From: Acaryochloridaceae cyanobacterium VAR_48_metabat_390
GTDB taxonomy: Bacteria; Cyanobacteriota; Cyanobacteriia; Thermosynechococcales; Thermosynechococcaceae
Length of the DNA: 40,733 nt
Direction of reading: 5' to 3'
Assembly: GCA_031422435.1 (NCBI GenBank)
Contig: JANPLU010000034.1
Coordinates: forward strand, 1-40,733
The first letter of the stretch is position 1. Each line of letters begins with the position of its first letter. Under the pieces are notes generated by a model. The model was not told the DNA's origin, made no database searches, and saw only the letters and a list, made by a program, of their open reading frames with translations. The position numbers and the translations under genes were made by a program. Below, piece after piece: positions 18,926-27,898 of this stretch.

Positions 18926-19636
18926 ATGAAATTTTATCCTTGGGTGTCTATTCCGGTCGTAACCGTAGTAGCAGTAGCATCGACTCATCTCCCCAGCATT
19001 GCGGCTGTCCCCGATATGGAGAAAAAGGTTGAACGGGCAGTAGAAGTCTTTGAAGAAATTATGACGGATAAAGGCAGTCGCATTCCTAAAAAGCTTTTAG
19101 AGCAAAGCCAAGGCATTGCCATTATTCCAGGTGTTGTACGGGCAGGCTTCTTTCTAGGCGGAACCCGTGGCTCAGGCGTGATGGTGGTGCGCGATCCGGG
19201 AGGTTCCTGGAGCAACCCAGCGTTTGTAAGCCTGACTGCCGGAAGCATTGGGCTACAGATTGGTGCAAAATCTAGCGATATTGTGCTGGTTTTTAAAAGC
19301 AGAGAGGCGGTCAATCAGTTTATGACGGGTTCTTTTAAGCTCGGTGCCAGCGTTTCTGGTACAGCAGGTCCCATTGAGTCTTCTCCGGTCAATCCGGCTC
19401 GTGGCTTTAAAGATTCACCCATTTATACCTATGCTCGCAGTAGCGGTTTGTTTGGGGGGCTTTCTCTCGAAGGTACAGAGTTATCCTTTGACCTAGACCG
19501 GAATCAAAAGTTTTATGGCAAAAAGCTAACGCCCCGCCAAATCTTCAACGATCCGTTCTTAAATGCGCCGCCGGTGGCTGAATCTCTCAAAGATACCCTG
19601 GAGCAGGCTGAATCTGGTGTGTTGCGGCGATTCTAA
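18926..19636 (+). CDS. Lipid-binding SYLF/Ysc84-domain exported protein
   Basis: Signal peptide. IPKKLLEQSQGIAIIP, GFFLGG.RGSG, WSNPAF, GLQIG and YARSSGLFGGLSLEG motifs. Confidence 0.88.
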   Translation: MKFYPWVSIPVVTVVAVASTHLPSIAAVPDMEKKVERAVEVFEEIMTDKGSRIPKKLLEQSQGIAIIPGVVRAGFFLGGTRGSGVMVVRDPGGSWSNPAFVSLTAGSIGLQIGAKSSDIVLVFKSREAVNQFMTGSFKLGASVSGTAGPIESSPVNPARGFKDSPIYTYARSSGLFGGLSLEGTELSFDLDRNQKFYGKKLTPRQIFNDPFLNAPPVAESLKDTLEQAESGVLRRF

Positions 19637-19702
19637 ACAGAAAAGGATCTCATTTCCTGTGCATCATAAAGAATGATTTTTTACTTTTAAGACGGTCTGC
19701 TC

Positions 19703-19879
19703 ATGACTCGCCAGCGTGAAAAATCTTGCTCCATTTGCAACCAGGCAGGTCAGGTTCTATTCCGCTGCCAGTATGAGAAGCGCAAAGAGTGGTGCTTTAT
19801 TTGCCAAAACTGCTGGCAAAAAGTAAGTCGAGATAACCCCTTCTATGTATATGGCGGCACTTGGAAAGCACGAAAATGA
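19703..19879 (+). CDS. 58-aa Cys-rich (CxxC...CxxC) microprotein, not in the ORF track
   Basis: ATG 19703 to TGA 19879 gives MTRQREKSCSICNQAGQVLFRCQYEKRKEWCFICQNCWQKVSRDNPFYVYGGTWKARK. It fills the intergenic gap, and I recall the YGGTWK tail from small cyanobacterial hypothetical proteins. Confidence 0.75.
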   Translation: MTRQREKSCSICNQAGQVLFRCQYEKRKEWCFICQNCWQKVSRDNPFYVYGGTWKARK

Positions 19880-19886
19880 GTTTGTT

Positions 19887-20387
19887 TTAGGTCGATAAAG
19901 CTTTTACCACAAACGCTAATACCACTACTGTAATAACCGATAGCGCAATAAGTGCCGTAAGCAACCCGCCAAACAACAGCCATAAAAACCGCTGATCTGC
20001 CCTACGGCTTTGGGTTGGCTCTTGAAGGTGTGCTTCCAGAAGCGTCACGTTCTTGGTGTTTGCCTTCCAGCCCATGTCAAAGAGATCTCCCAAAATGGGC
20101 ACTGCACCCACAAGGGCGTCGATCGCAATATTAAAAACCATCCGCAGCAGAATTGTTTTGGGCAGGTTAAACTGCACAACCTGCCACAAAATATAGATTG
20201 AAATTCCTAGCCCCACCACATCGCCACCGACCGGAAGTAGCCCCACTAGGGACTCTAAGCCCACGCGCCATTTGGTGCCAGGAATACTGAAGGCACGATC
20301 CCATAGGTCGCTTACGGCTCTAAGTCGCGCCAGTTTGAGTAACTGCGCTTCGTGAGGCGTCGACGAATTGATGGTCAGTTTTGACAT
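19887..20387 (-). CDS. DUF4112 family membrane protein
   Basis: D.AFSIPGT.WRVG...GLLPVGGD, NIAIDALVGAVPILGDLFD..WKAN.KN motifs. ATG at 20387 is preferred over the track start at 20462. Confidence 0.85.
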   Translation of the reverse strand: MSKLTINSSTPHEAQLLKLARLRAVSDLWDRAFSIPGTKWRVGLESLVGLLPVGGDVVGLGISIYILWQVVQFNLPKTILLRMVFNIAIDALVGAVPILGDLFDMGWKANTKNVTLLEAHLQEPTQSRRADQRFLWLLFGGLLTALIALSVITVVVLAFVVKALST

Positions 20388-20709
20388 TGCAATCTGTTCC
20401 TTATTTAAAACCTGGCATTCGATACGGTATGAGATGACCGATCTCTCAACTAATTTCTTCAACGATGGGGCATTCTCGTCAGTACAGATAGAACCTGTGA
20501 GGGATTATGTATTCTGAGTGAAGCCACATTTTGCTGCCGGAAGGAGGGCAGCTCCCTTTTTCTATACGCACGCCAATTTTTAGATTTGAATGCAGTAAAA
20601 GATAAGCCTTTGAAGCTGTAGTTGTCTTACTTTCTCAATTATTTAATAAATCAACTGATATGCATAGGATATACGCTAAAATTCTCAAAGCTGTACTAAG
20701 GAAAGTTCC

Positions 20710-20991
20710 ATGAATAAAGGTGAATTAATTGACGCGATCGCAGAAAAGGCAAATGTGACCAAAAAGGAAACGGATGCGGTTTTAAGTGCTGCCATTGAGG
20801 CGATCGTTGAAGCGGTCGCTAGTGGCGAAAAAGTGACACTAGTGGGCTTTGGTAGCTTTGAAAAACGCGATCGTGCTCAAAGAGAAGGGCGAAACCCCAA
20901 GACGGGCGAGACTATGACCATTGCGGCGACAAGTGTACCAGGCTTTAGTGCAGGTAAACTTTTTAAGGAGAAAGTGGCCAATCATTCTTGA
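20710..20991 (+). CDS. hup: DNA-binding protein HU
   Basis: MNKGELIDAIA, VTLVGFGSFE and REGRNPKTGE motifs. Confidence 0.96.
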   Translation: MNKGELIDAIAEKANVTKKETDAVLSAAIEAIVEAVASGEKVTLVGFGSFEKRDRAQREGRNPKTGETMTIAATSVPGFSAGKLFKEKVANHS

Positions 20992-21151
20992 GTCAAGCCT
21001 AATGCAATCATAGATTATATTACCGAGGCAAATTTAGTGCGGCGATCGCCCTGCACTCAAAATGTGCCGCACAACATTAGTCTCTATTGCAAAAGACCTA
21101 CGGCATTAAAAGCCTCCATCACAACAACATAAGGACAGGATATTCTTCGAG

Positions 21152-21538
21152 ATGACGACTAAAACTCAAATGCAGCCTCTGACCGGAAAAGCACTGCTGC
21201 AAAAACTCAAGGAAATTCCACAGCTCTCTCGTAGCGCAAAGGCTCGTGAATGTGGCTACGTTAGCCTTGTAAAAAATGGAAATGCCCGTGTTAACATCAG
21301 TGCATTTCTGAATGCTATTCTTGAGGCCAGAGGCGTTTCCCTAGATTCTGAAAGCGAAAAAGATGGTCGCGGTCGAGAGGCGACCTATCGGGTAAGTATT
21401 CATAAAAACGGGACGATTGTGATTGGAGCCAGCTACACCGAAAAGATGGGCTTAAAAGTGGGTGATGAGTTTGAAATTAGACTGGGCTATAAGCACATCC
21501 ACTTAGTGCAAGTCGGCGAAGACGATAAGAAGGGCTAA
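21152..21538 (+). CDS. Cyanobacterial AbrB-like (cyAbrB) transcriptional regulator
   Basis: PLTGKALLQK, AKARECGY, GRGREATYRVSIHKNG.IVIGASYT and GDEFEIRLGYKHIHL motifs. Confidence 0.92.
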   Translation: MTTKTQMQPLTGKALLQKLKEIPQLSRSAKARECGYVSLVKNGNARVNISAFLNAILEARGVSLDSESEKDGRGREATYRVSIHKNGTIVIGASYTEKMGLKVGDEFEIRLGYKHIHLVQVGEDDKKG

Positions 21539-22332
21539 ACGGCTTTTGTTGAGGGCGGGGCAGTCGTGGCTTCTTTAGCATTGCATTGAGGCTGATAGCC
21601 GTTTACCACACGCCCCGCCCCTCGCACCTGGGCATAGTAGTTACGGCTCACTGGCTCACGACGATCAGTAAGGGAATCAATCCCAATCCCATTGCGACCC
21701 TGGTCTTTTCCAGAGCTATGGATATAAGCGCCATCTCCTAGGTAAAGGGCAACATGGGTTGCCTTGACGGGCGTTCCAAAAAAGATCAGATCGCCCGCTT
21801 CTAGGGTTTCTACTAAGTTTTCAGGGTGATTTCCTCTATTCTCAACGCGCTGCACAAAGGCTTCTTGCTGATAGGCATCGCGGGGCAGCCAAATGCCATG
21901 AGTCGAAAATGCATGCTGCACTAACCCAGAACAGTCGTAGTTTGGGGCAACAGTACCGCCCCAAAGATAGAAATTGGGTTGGGTCATGGCTGCTTGAGCA
22001 AAGGCGATCGCCAAGGGAATCCGCGTCTGAATTTCTGATAGAGAGAGGCTGAGCGGACAATAACCTGAAGACGAAGGCTGAAGAAAAGCTAAATCTGAAG
22101 CTTTTATCCAGCCAGGGTAATCATCTTCACAAAGAATGACGGGTAGTGCAGCAATTGCCGCATTTAAAACGCTTAGAGAGTCAAACCGAAGCTTTCTGCC
22201 AGTTTGAGCCTGGGTTGCAAGAGATTGAAGTGCAGGTGAATCGTATAGGTTCAGATGCTGCGTTACCTCATAGACAATCTCCCGCATTGAAGTATTGGTG
22301 AGCTGTACCTGAAGTGCTTCAAATGCAACCAT
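21535..22332 (-). CDS. SH3b-NlpC/P60 (C40) peptidoglycan peptidase
   Basis: YLWGG, DCSGLV, LPRDAYQQ, GDLIFF, THVALY and YIHSS give a Cys-His-His triad. N-terminal NLYDSP...EDDYPGW segment. Confidence 0.9.
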   Translation of the reverse strand: MVAFEALQVQLTNTSMREIVYEVTQHLNLYDSPALQSLATQAQTGRKLRFDSLSVLNAAIAALPVILCEDDYPGWIKASDLAFLQPSSSGYCPLSLSLSEIQTRIPLAIAFAQAAMTQPNFYLWGGTVAPNYDCSGLVQHAFSTHGIWLPRDAYQQEAFVQRVENRGNHPENLVETLEAGDLIFFGTPVKATHVALYLGDGAYIHSSGKDQGRNGIGIDSLTDRREPVSRNYYAQVRGAGRVVNGYQPQCNAKEATTAPPSTKAV

Positions 22333-22401
22333 AGAAGCTCTAAATCCTTTTTTCTGCCACTGCTTGGCATCATAACAGGGAGAAAGTTACTTTCATCCTC
22401 A

Positions 22402-22449
22402 AGCATTCTATAAAAAACCCCTTCTAGAAGGGGTTTTTTATAGAATGCT
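22402..22449. terminator. Perfect 48-bp palindrome containing an intrinsic terminator for sigB
   Basis: AGCATTCTATAAAAAACCCCTTCT|AGAAGGGGTTTTTTATAGAATGCT has a GC core followed by T6 on either strand and begins 9 nt after the sigB stop. Confidence 0.85.
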
Positions 22450-22458
22450 CAACCGAGA

Positions 22459-23442
22459 CTAACTAGCGAGATAGTGGCGCACATCTAACTGTCGTCGTCT
22501 GAGATGATCGAGTGCCTGCCGTTCTAGCTGCCGAACACGCTCTCGACTCAAACTAAGCTGCTCGCCAACCTTTGCCAGCGAGAGTTCTTTCCCATTTTGG
22601 AGACCAAAGCGTAGGGATAACACCTCTCGCTGCTGAGGTGGCAGTTCCCCCAAAAGCTGATTGACATCTTCTCGTAGTGCCTCACCTGCGGTAAATTCCT
22701 CAGGCGACTGTCCTTCGTCTTCTAGCAGATCTCGAAGCTCTGTGTCTTGGTTATCGCCCACGCGTAAATCAAGCGAAACAGGCTGACGCGCAATCATCAA
22801 AAACTCACGCACTTGGATTGGCTCTAGCTCTAGTTCCTTAGCAATTTCGACAGGGGTGGCGCTGCGACCCAGTTGCTGAGACAGCTCACGCTGTGCTTTT
22901 TTGATTTTGTTGAGTTTCTCGGTGATGTGGATGGGGAGCCGAATGGTGCGAGCCTGCTGGGCGATCGCCCGTGTAATAGCCTGGCGAATCCACCAGTAGG
23001 CATAGGTTGAAAACTTATAGCCACGGGTCGGGTCAAATTTTTCGACCCCTCGCTCTAAACCCAGCGTCCCTTCTTGAATCAGGTCTAATAGCTCTAGATT
23101 ACGCTTTTGATACTTTTTGGCAACCGCCACTACGAGGCGAAGATTTGCCTCAATCATTTTCTGCTTAGCCCGTTTGCCCTGCTTTAAAGCGGCCTCTAGC
23201 TCTGGCTCACCTAGCTCAGCCTTCTGTGCCCACTCCGCCAAGGTTGGGTCATGGCCTAACGATTGGGTGAGCGATGCCTGAACGTCTAAGATCGTCATCA
23301 TTTGCTGCACCTGTTTCCCAAAAATAATTTCTTGCTCATGGGTTAACAGCGGCACGCGACCAATCTCATGAAGATAAGTGCGAACCATATCTCGCCCTGC
23401 TGGAGCGGGAGTCGAGGCTCTTTTATCAGTCACTTTTGCCAT
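22459..23442 (-). CDS. sigB: Group 2 RNA polymerase sigma factor, SigB type
   Basis: The N-terminus [32 protein letters not shown] is characteristic of the SigB clade. Regions 2 and 4 read [23 protein letters not shown] and SRERVRQLE. Confidence 0.85.
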   Translation of the reverse strand: MAKVTDKRASTPAPAGRDMVRTYLHEIGRVPLLTHEQEIIFGKQVQQMMTILDVQASLTQSLGHDPTLAEWAQKAELGEPELEAALKQGKRAKQKMIEANLRLVVAVAKKYQKRNLELLDLIQEGTLGLERGVEKFDPTRGYKFSTYAYWWIRQAITRAIAQQARTIRLPIHITEKLNKIKKAQRELSQQLGRSATPVEIAKELELEPIQVREFLMIARQPVSLDLRVGDNQDTELRDLLEDEGQSPEEFTAGEALREDVNQLLGELPPQQREVLSLRFGLQNGKELSLAKVGEQLSLSRERVRQLERQALDHLRRRQLDVRHYLAS

Positions 23443-23609
23443 AGATTCTAAGTATCCCCCTCAATTTAGGATGGGATTGTGATGAATAAAAATTGTCCCT
23501 GTCTCTAAAGACACGTTTTAGACGGCACAGCTAGTGCGCTAAGCGAAGTCAGTATGAGTTCATAAAACCATAATAAGCGATCCTTTCAACAACGCAAAGT
23601 TAGGATAAG

Positions 23610-23625
23610 TGTAAATTCCCGTACA
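23610..23625. promoter_or_regulatory. NtcA binding site upstream of sigB
   Basis: TGTA-aattcccg-TACA (GTA-N8-TAC at 23611-23624), about 170 bp upstream of the sigB start. Confidence 0.65.
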
Positions 23626-23872
23626 CAGTCTTTAGTAAGAACCCATAAGCTGAGCATGAGCGTTTAATAGGCTCAGCATCAAATTTACCCAGGTATCTCA
23701 TAAAGATTTGAAAGATTGCTGACAGTGATTGACAGATTGAGTTAGACCCAATATCTCCCCAAAGCTTGTTCGACGGTATTTAGACAAAAAATGTTTCAAG
23801 ATCAAACAGGTTGAGGTTGACCAATAGTATACTTAACCTCTCTAAGAAACACCTGAATCAAAAGATAGATAT

Positions 23873-24100
23873 TTGTGTCGCTTCTCTTTCAAGATTTATG
23901 ATGCCGAATGTTTGTGTGTGACCAACTTCTTAGAAGCAAGACTAGAGAAACAGTCTGAAAGATGGGATGAGCGATACTTTCAGCTCACCAGGGACACCTT
24001 AGAGACCGCAAAGACCATCATTGTGACCGCTGAAACGGTTGTCATTCTTTCACCAGTCCTAAAAAAGCTAGCCGTTAGGCTCATGGAGGGGCAAGGTTGA
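23873..24100 (+). CDS. Short hypothetical protein or gene remnant (coiled segment plus hydrophobic tail)
   Basis: LEARLEKQSERWDERYFQLTRDTLETAKTIIVTAETVVILSPVL looks protein-like. The start is uncertain (TTG or an internal GTG). An inverted repeat AGGCTCA...TGAGCCT spans the stop codon. Confidence 0.35.
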   Translation: MCRFSFKIYDAECLCVTNFLEARLEKQSERWDERYFQLTRDTLETAKTIIVTAETVVILSPVLKKLAVRLMEGQG

Positions 24101-24258
24101 GCCTGATGTTAAACTACATCCTGTAATTTTAAGGAAAGTTACCCCGAAATCTATCTCGCTCATTTATTGAAAATGCTAAAAAGCTTTGGTGTGTATATTC
24201 TCTAGCCTTTCATGATTCTGCAATGGCATTGACGACTTATTGATTTAAGCTTGTACCT

Positions 24259-25134
24259 ATGTCTGCTCATTACCCGACCCGTCTTCAAGAGATTGTCCAT
24301 CTTCTCAAGAGCATTGATCTATTTATAGGCATCAGCCATAGGGATTTAGGCTTTTTGGCTCAGTGTGCTGCGTTTTATCCCTATCGCGCAGGCGAAATTA
24401 TTTTCAATTATGGAGAGGTTGGTTCTACCCTCTATATTGTGGTGAGTGGGGCTGTGAATATTTACCTGCCCGGGGAAGACTCCCGCCGGATTTCTCTCAA
24501 GGATATTTCACGGGGGGAGTATTTTGGGGAACTGGCTCTGTTTGATAACCAGCCCCGCAGCGCCAGCGCCCTCGCTACCACCGAGGTTGAGGTTTTGGAA
24601 CTCACTCAAGCAACGTTACTGTACTACGTAGAGCGACATCCCCATGTGGCGATCGCCCTTTTGCAAACGCTCTCAAACCGACTGCGAGCCACCGACATGC
24701 TTCTTTCCCAGCGTGCTTCTAAAAACGTCGAATTAGAGTACAGCAGCACGCTAACTTGGCGAGATCGCATTGCCGATCAGGTCGCAGAACTCAACGGGAG
24801 CTGGATGTTTATCGTGTTTTTGCTGGGCACTACCCTAGGCTGGATGCTCTTAAACTCTAGCCGGGTACTTGAGTCTCCCTTTGACCCTTACCCCTACGTG
24901 TTTTTTAATCTGCTGCTTGCAGTGCTGGTGGCACTGCAAGGTCCATTGATTGTGATGAGCCAGAATCGGCAGGCGCTCAAAGATCGCACCCACGCCAAAA
25001 TTGACTATGAAATCAACCTCAAAAACGAGGTAAATATTGAGACACTGCTGCGAGAACTGGGCGAATTTCGGATGGATGCTCATCAAAAACTGAGCCGTCT
25101 AGAAGCATCAAACGCTGAAAAAATAGAGCCTTGA
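24259..25134 (+). CDS. cNMP-binding domain fused to a DUF1003 membrane domain
   Basis: Phosphate-binding cassette GEYFGELALFDNQPRSASA. DUF1003 signature DRIAD...GSW.FI...FDPYPY.FFNL...QGPLIVMSQNRQ. Confidence 0.85.
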   Translation: MSAHYPTRLQEIVHLLKSIDLFIGISHRDLGFLAQCAAFYPYRAGEIIFNYGEVGSTLYIVVSGAVNIYLPGEDSRRISLKDISRGEYFGELALFDNQPRSASALATTEVEVLELTQATLLYYVERHPHVAIALLQTLSNRLRATDMLLSQRASKNVELEYSSTLTWRDRIADQVAELNGSWMFIVFLLGTTLGWMLLNSSRVLESPFDPYPYVFFNLLLAVLVALQGPLIVMSQNRQALKDRTHAKIDYEINLKNEVNIETLLRELGEFRMDAHQKLSRLEASNAEKIEP

Positions 25135-25205
25135 AAATCCTAAGAACCTGTGGCGAAGGATAAAAGTGACGACTGGGTTTTATGGTCAGCACCTTTTTTT
25201 AGTCT

Positions 25206-25592
25206 TTAACCCAACGTTTCAGGGCAATAGCCTAAACCCTCAATAAACTGCTGGCGGAAAGACTCTATCTCTGAGCGATCCGGTTGACCGTGAACAATAA
25301 CTGCAACTTTATAATGCTGCATCACTTCAATGGGAGAACATCCATTCTCTAAATCGCATAATACGTGCCGTAGCCGAGGCGTTGGAGTGTAGACAACCCC
25401 TAACTCCTCCAAAAAAGCCCGTAGATTACCCTGACAGTAGGTAGACCAGTAAGGGCAGACGATCCGAACAACCCATCCATCAAGCTGGTGAAGCACGGTC
25501 ACAAACTGAACTGGTTCTGTGCTAACGCGCTTGAGATGTTCAATGACGCGGAGGACTAAACTGGCGTTGCCGAGATAGTATAGGTAGTCCAT
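25206..25592 (-). CDS. Conserved cyanobacterial hypothetical protein
   Basis: Clean ATG ORF. I recall the MDYLYYL.NASL.LRV...TV.HQLDGW and FRQQF..GLGYCPETL pattern as cyanobacteria-conserved. Function unknown. Confidence 0.75.
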   Translation of the reverse strand: MDYLYYLGNASLVLRVIEHLKRVSTEPVQFVTVLHQLDGWVVRIVCPYWSTYCQGNLRAFLEELGVVYTPTPRLRHVLCDLENGCSPIEVMQHYKVAVIVHGQPDRSEIESFRQQFIEGLGYCPETLG

Positions 25593-25990
25593 GGGCGGTG
25601 CCTTTTGAGACTGACGTAGAAATGCCTAATGGCTGGCTAGAGGCGTTACAACGCAGAGTGTTAGGGTCAGGTTTGTCAAAACTAGATGATGGCGGAACCC
25701 AAGCCTATACTTAGGATACTTACAGTGTATGGCTGACTTGCTGAGCCGCTCTAACGCACAGTCAATTAGTGCAGAATGTGTTTGTTACTGTACGCGTTGC
25801 CTGTTTCTAACGATTGAGGGTCTTAACTGAAGAGAGATCCTCCTTGAGGAGAAAGGATGCTCAGTCATAGCTTCAATTATAGAATTGAATGCGACTTATT
25901 TTAATCTCTGAAATGCTGATTTCTGGGCGCTTGTTTCCAAACTTTCTTAATGTAATGCGGTATTCTTAGCGATTTTATTCTTGACGCGAT

Positions 25991-27121
25991 ATGCTCAATT
26001 TGTCTTCGTCTCTTTCCTCAAACCTTAGCGCCGATGAATCGTTAACATCCTACGACTATCATTTGCCAGAGGCGCTCATTGCTCAAGTGCCGATGGTTCC
26101 GCGCGACTGCGCCCGTTTGCTGGTTGTGGCAAAAGATTCCTCCAGTCACTGCATTTTTAGAGATCTCCCTCAGCTTTTGAAAGCCGGAGATTTACTCGTC
26201 CTCAACAATACCCGCGTCATTCCGGCGCGACTAATGGGACGTAAGGTCAACCCAAATTTTCCAGATGTGCCTCCCCTTGCTGTAGAGGTATTTTTACTGG
26301 AGCCGAGAGGGGAGTACTGGCTGGCACTCGTAAAGCCGGGACGGCGGCTGAAGCCAGGGGCATTAATTGAGTTTGGGGCAGACGAGGGTTCTCTACTGCG
26401 CGCACAGGTGATTGAAACCGATGAAGCCACCCGTGGGCGACTCCTGAAGTTTGAAGTGCTGAAGGCAGACTTAGACTTTGAGACAGTGCTACAGAGGCTG
26501 GGAGAGATGCCGCTGCCGCCCTACATTGTGTCACGACAGTCGCAGCCGGAGCAGTACCAAACTGTATTTGCTGAAGCCCCAGGTTCAGTGGCGGCACCTA
26601 CGGCTGGGCTACACTTTACGCCAGAGCTTTTAAAGACTCTGGAGGCTCAAGGCATTCGTCAGGCATTTGTGACGCTTCACGTTGGCATTGGTACGTTTCG
26701 ACCCGTGGAGGCTGAGCGCATTACGGATCACGCCATGCACGCGGAATGGGTAGAGCTACCGGAAGAGACCGTGCGGCTCATTCAGGAAACAAAGACGGCT
26801 GGAGGCCGTGTCATTGCCGTGGGGACAACGGCAGTACGATCGCTAGAAGGCATCGCCACTCAAGAAGGCACGCTTCAGGCTCACTGCGGCAAGGTGAATC
26901 TTTTTATTTACCCTGGCTATCGCTGGAAGGTGATAGACGGAATGATTACGAATTTCCACTTGCCGAAGTCTAGCTTATTAATGTTGGTAAGCGCTTTGGT
27001 GGGACGATCGCGGCTTATGGCGCTGTATGAAGAAGCGATCGCCCAGCAGTATCGGTTTTATTCCTTTGGTGACGCAATGCTCATTTTGCCAGGAGCAAAG
27101 ATGGAGCAGACACAAGATTGA
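25991..27121 (+). CDS. queA: tRNA preQ1(34) S-adenosylmethionine ribosyltransferase-isomerase
   Basis: [48 protein letters not shown] and [10 protein letters not shown] motifs. Confidence 0.98.
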   Translation: MLNLSSSLSSNLSADESLTSYDYHLPEALIAQVPMVPRDCARLLVVAKDSSSHCIFRDLPQLLKAGDLLVLNNTRVIPARLMGRKVNPNFPDVPPLAVEVFLLEPRGEYWLALVKPGRRLKPGALIEFGADEGSLLRAQVIETDEATRGRLLKFEVLKADLDFETVLQRLGEMPLPPYIVSRQSQPEQYQTVFAEAPGSVAAPTAGLHFTPELLKTLEAQGIRQAFVTLHVGIGTFRPVEAERITDHAMHAEWVELPEETVRLIQETKTAGGRVIAVGTTAVRSLEGIATQEGTLQAHCGKVNLFIYPGYRWKVIDGMITNFHLPKSSLLMLVSALVGRSRLMALYEEAIAQQYRFYSFGDAMLILPGAKMEQTQD

Positions 27122-27135
27122 GAAAAGCTTTGTTT

Positions 27136-27804
27136 TTAATGGATTTGGGCGATCGCCAACTCAGCCATTTCAGCCACCTGCCCCACCTCATCTTTGCTCA
27201 AGTGTTCTGCCAAAGCCTTTGCCTCAGACCCACCCAAGTTGCCAAGCGCCTGCGCGACACGGTAGCGAATTTGCCAGTCTTCATGGGTTGTAAAGGGTCG
27301 CAGTAGCTCCACAGCCTCAGGATTTTTAAGCTCACCTAGAGACCCAATCGCGGCTCCCTGCACCAGTGCTTCTGGCGAAGACAGTGCATCTTTGAGCAGA
27401 TCAAATGCGCGGGGGTCGCCGAGTTCTCCTAAGGTTGCAATAATGCTCATTTGCAACAGCCAGTCCGTTGTCTGTTTATAGCAGCTTTCGAGATCGGGAT
27501 ATGCTTCCGTAAGCTGAAGGGCACCAATTGCATCGGCTGCTGCTGCCTTCACGTCCATTTCAGAATCTGTGTAGAGGCGATTCAGTAGGATAGTCAAAGA
27601 CTGCTCCAGATCTTCATGCCCTAAAGAACTCATTTGGCTCACTGCCGCGTAGCGAACCCGCGCATTGCCGTCGCCAATGGCCTGCTTAAGCAGTTCAAAG
27701 GCTGTAGAAGAAGGAAGCGTCCGCAGTTGATTCACTGCCGAGAGGCGATCGCCTAAATCTTCTGACTGCAACGCTTGACCTATGCTTTCAGGAGTGATGC
27801 TCAT
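27136..27804 (-). CDS. nblB: Phycobilisome degradation protein NblB (HEAT repeats)
   Basis: MSITPESI...L.SEDLGDRL.AVNQLR, RVRYAAVSQ, DVKAAAADAIGAL and DWQIRYRVAQAL motifs. Confidence 0.85.
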   Translation of the reverse strand: MSITPESIGQALQSEDLGDRLSAVNQLRTLPSSTAFELLKQAIGDGNARVRYAAVSQMSSLGHEDLEQSLTILLNRLYTDSEMDVKAAAADAIGALQLTEAYPDLESCYKQTTDWLLQMSIIATLGELGDPRAFDLLKDALSSPEALVQGAAIGSLGELKNPEAVELLRPFTTHEDWQIRYRVAQALGNLGGSEAKALAEHLSKDEVGQVAEMAELAIAQIH

Positions 27805-27898
27805 AGGGTCTGAAACCGAAACGCTAAAGAAATATCATTCATGATCCTACGTTATTGTGAGTCTGGGATCTCAAACCGCTAGGAATCAAAACATTTAG

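Noticed and set aside
20533..20552. CCGGAAGG...GCAGC resembling the SRP RNA (ffs) domain IV loop
   Set aside because: It lacks the upstream CAGG and the GGAAGG-(A/T)-AGCAG spacing, and I see no long enclosing helix.
21535..21538. 4-bp overlap of the convergent stop codons of cyAbrB and the NlpC/P60 gene
   Set aside because: A common compact-genome arrangement with no further signal.
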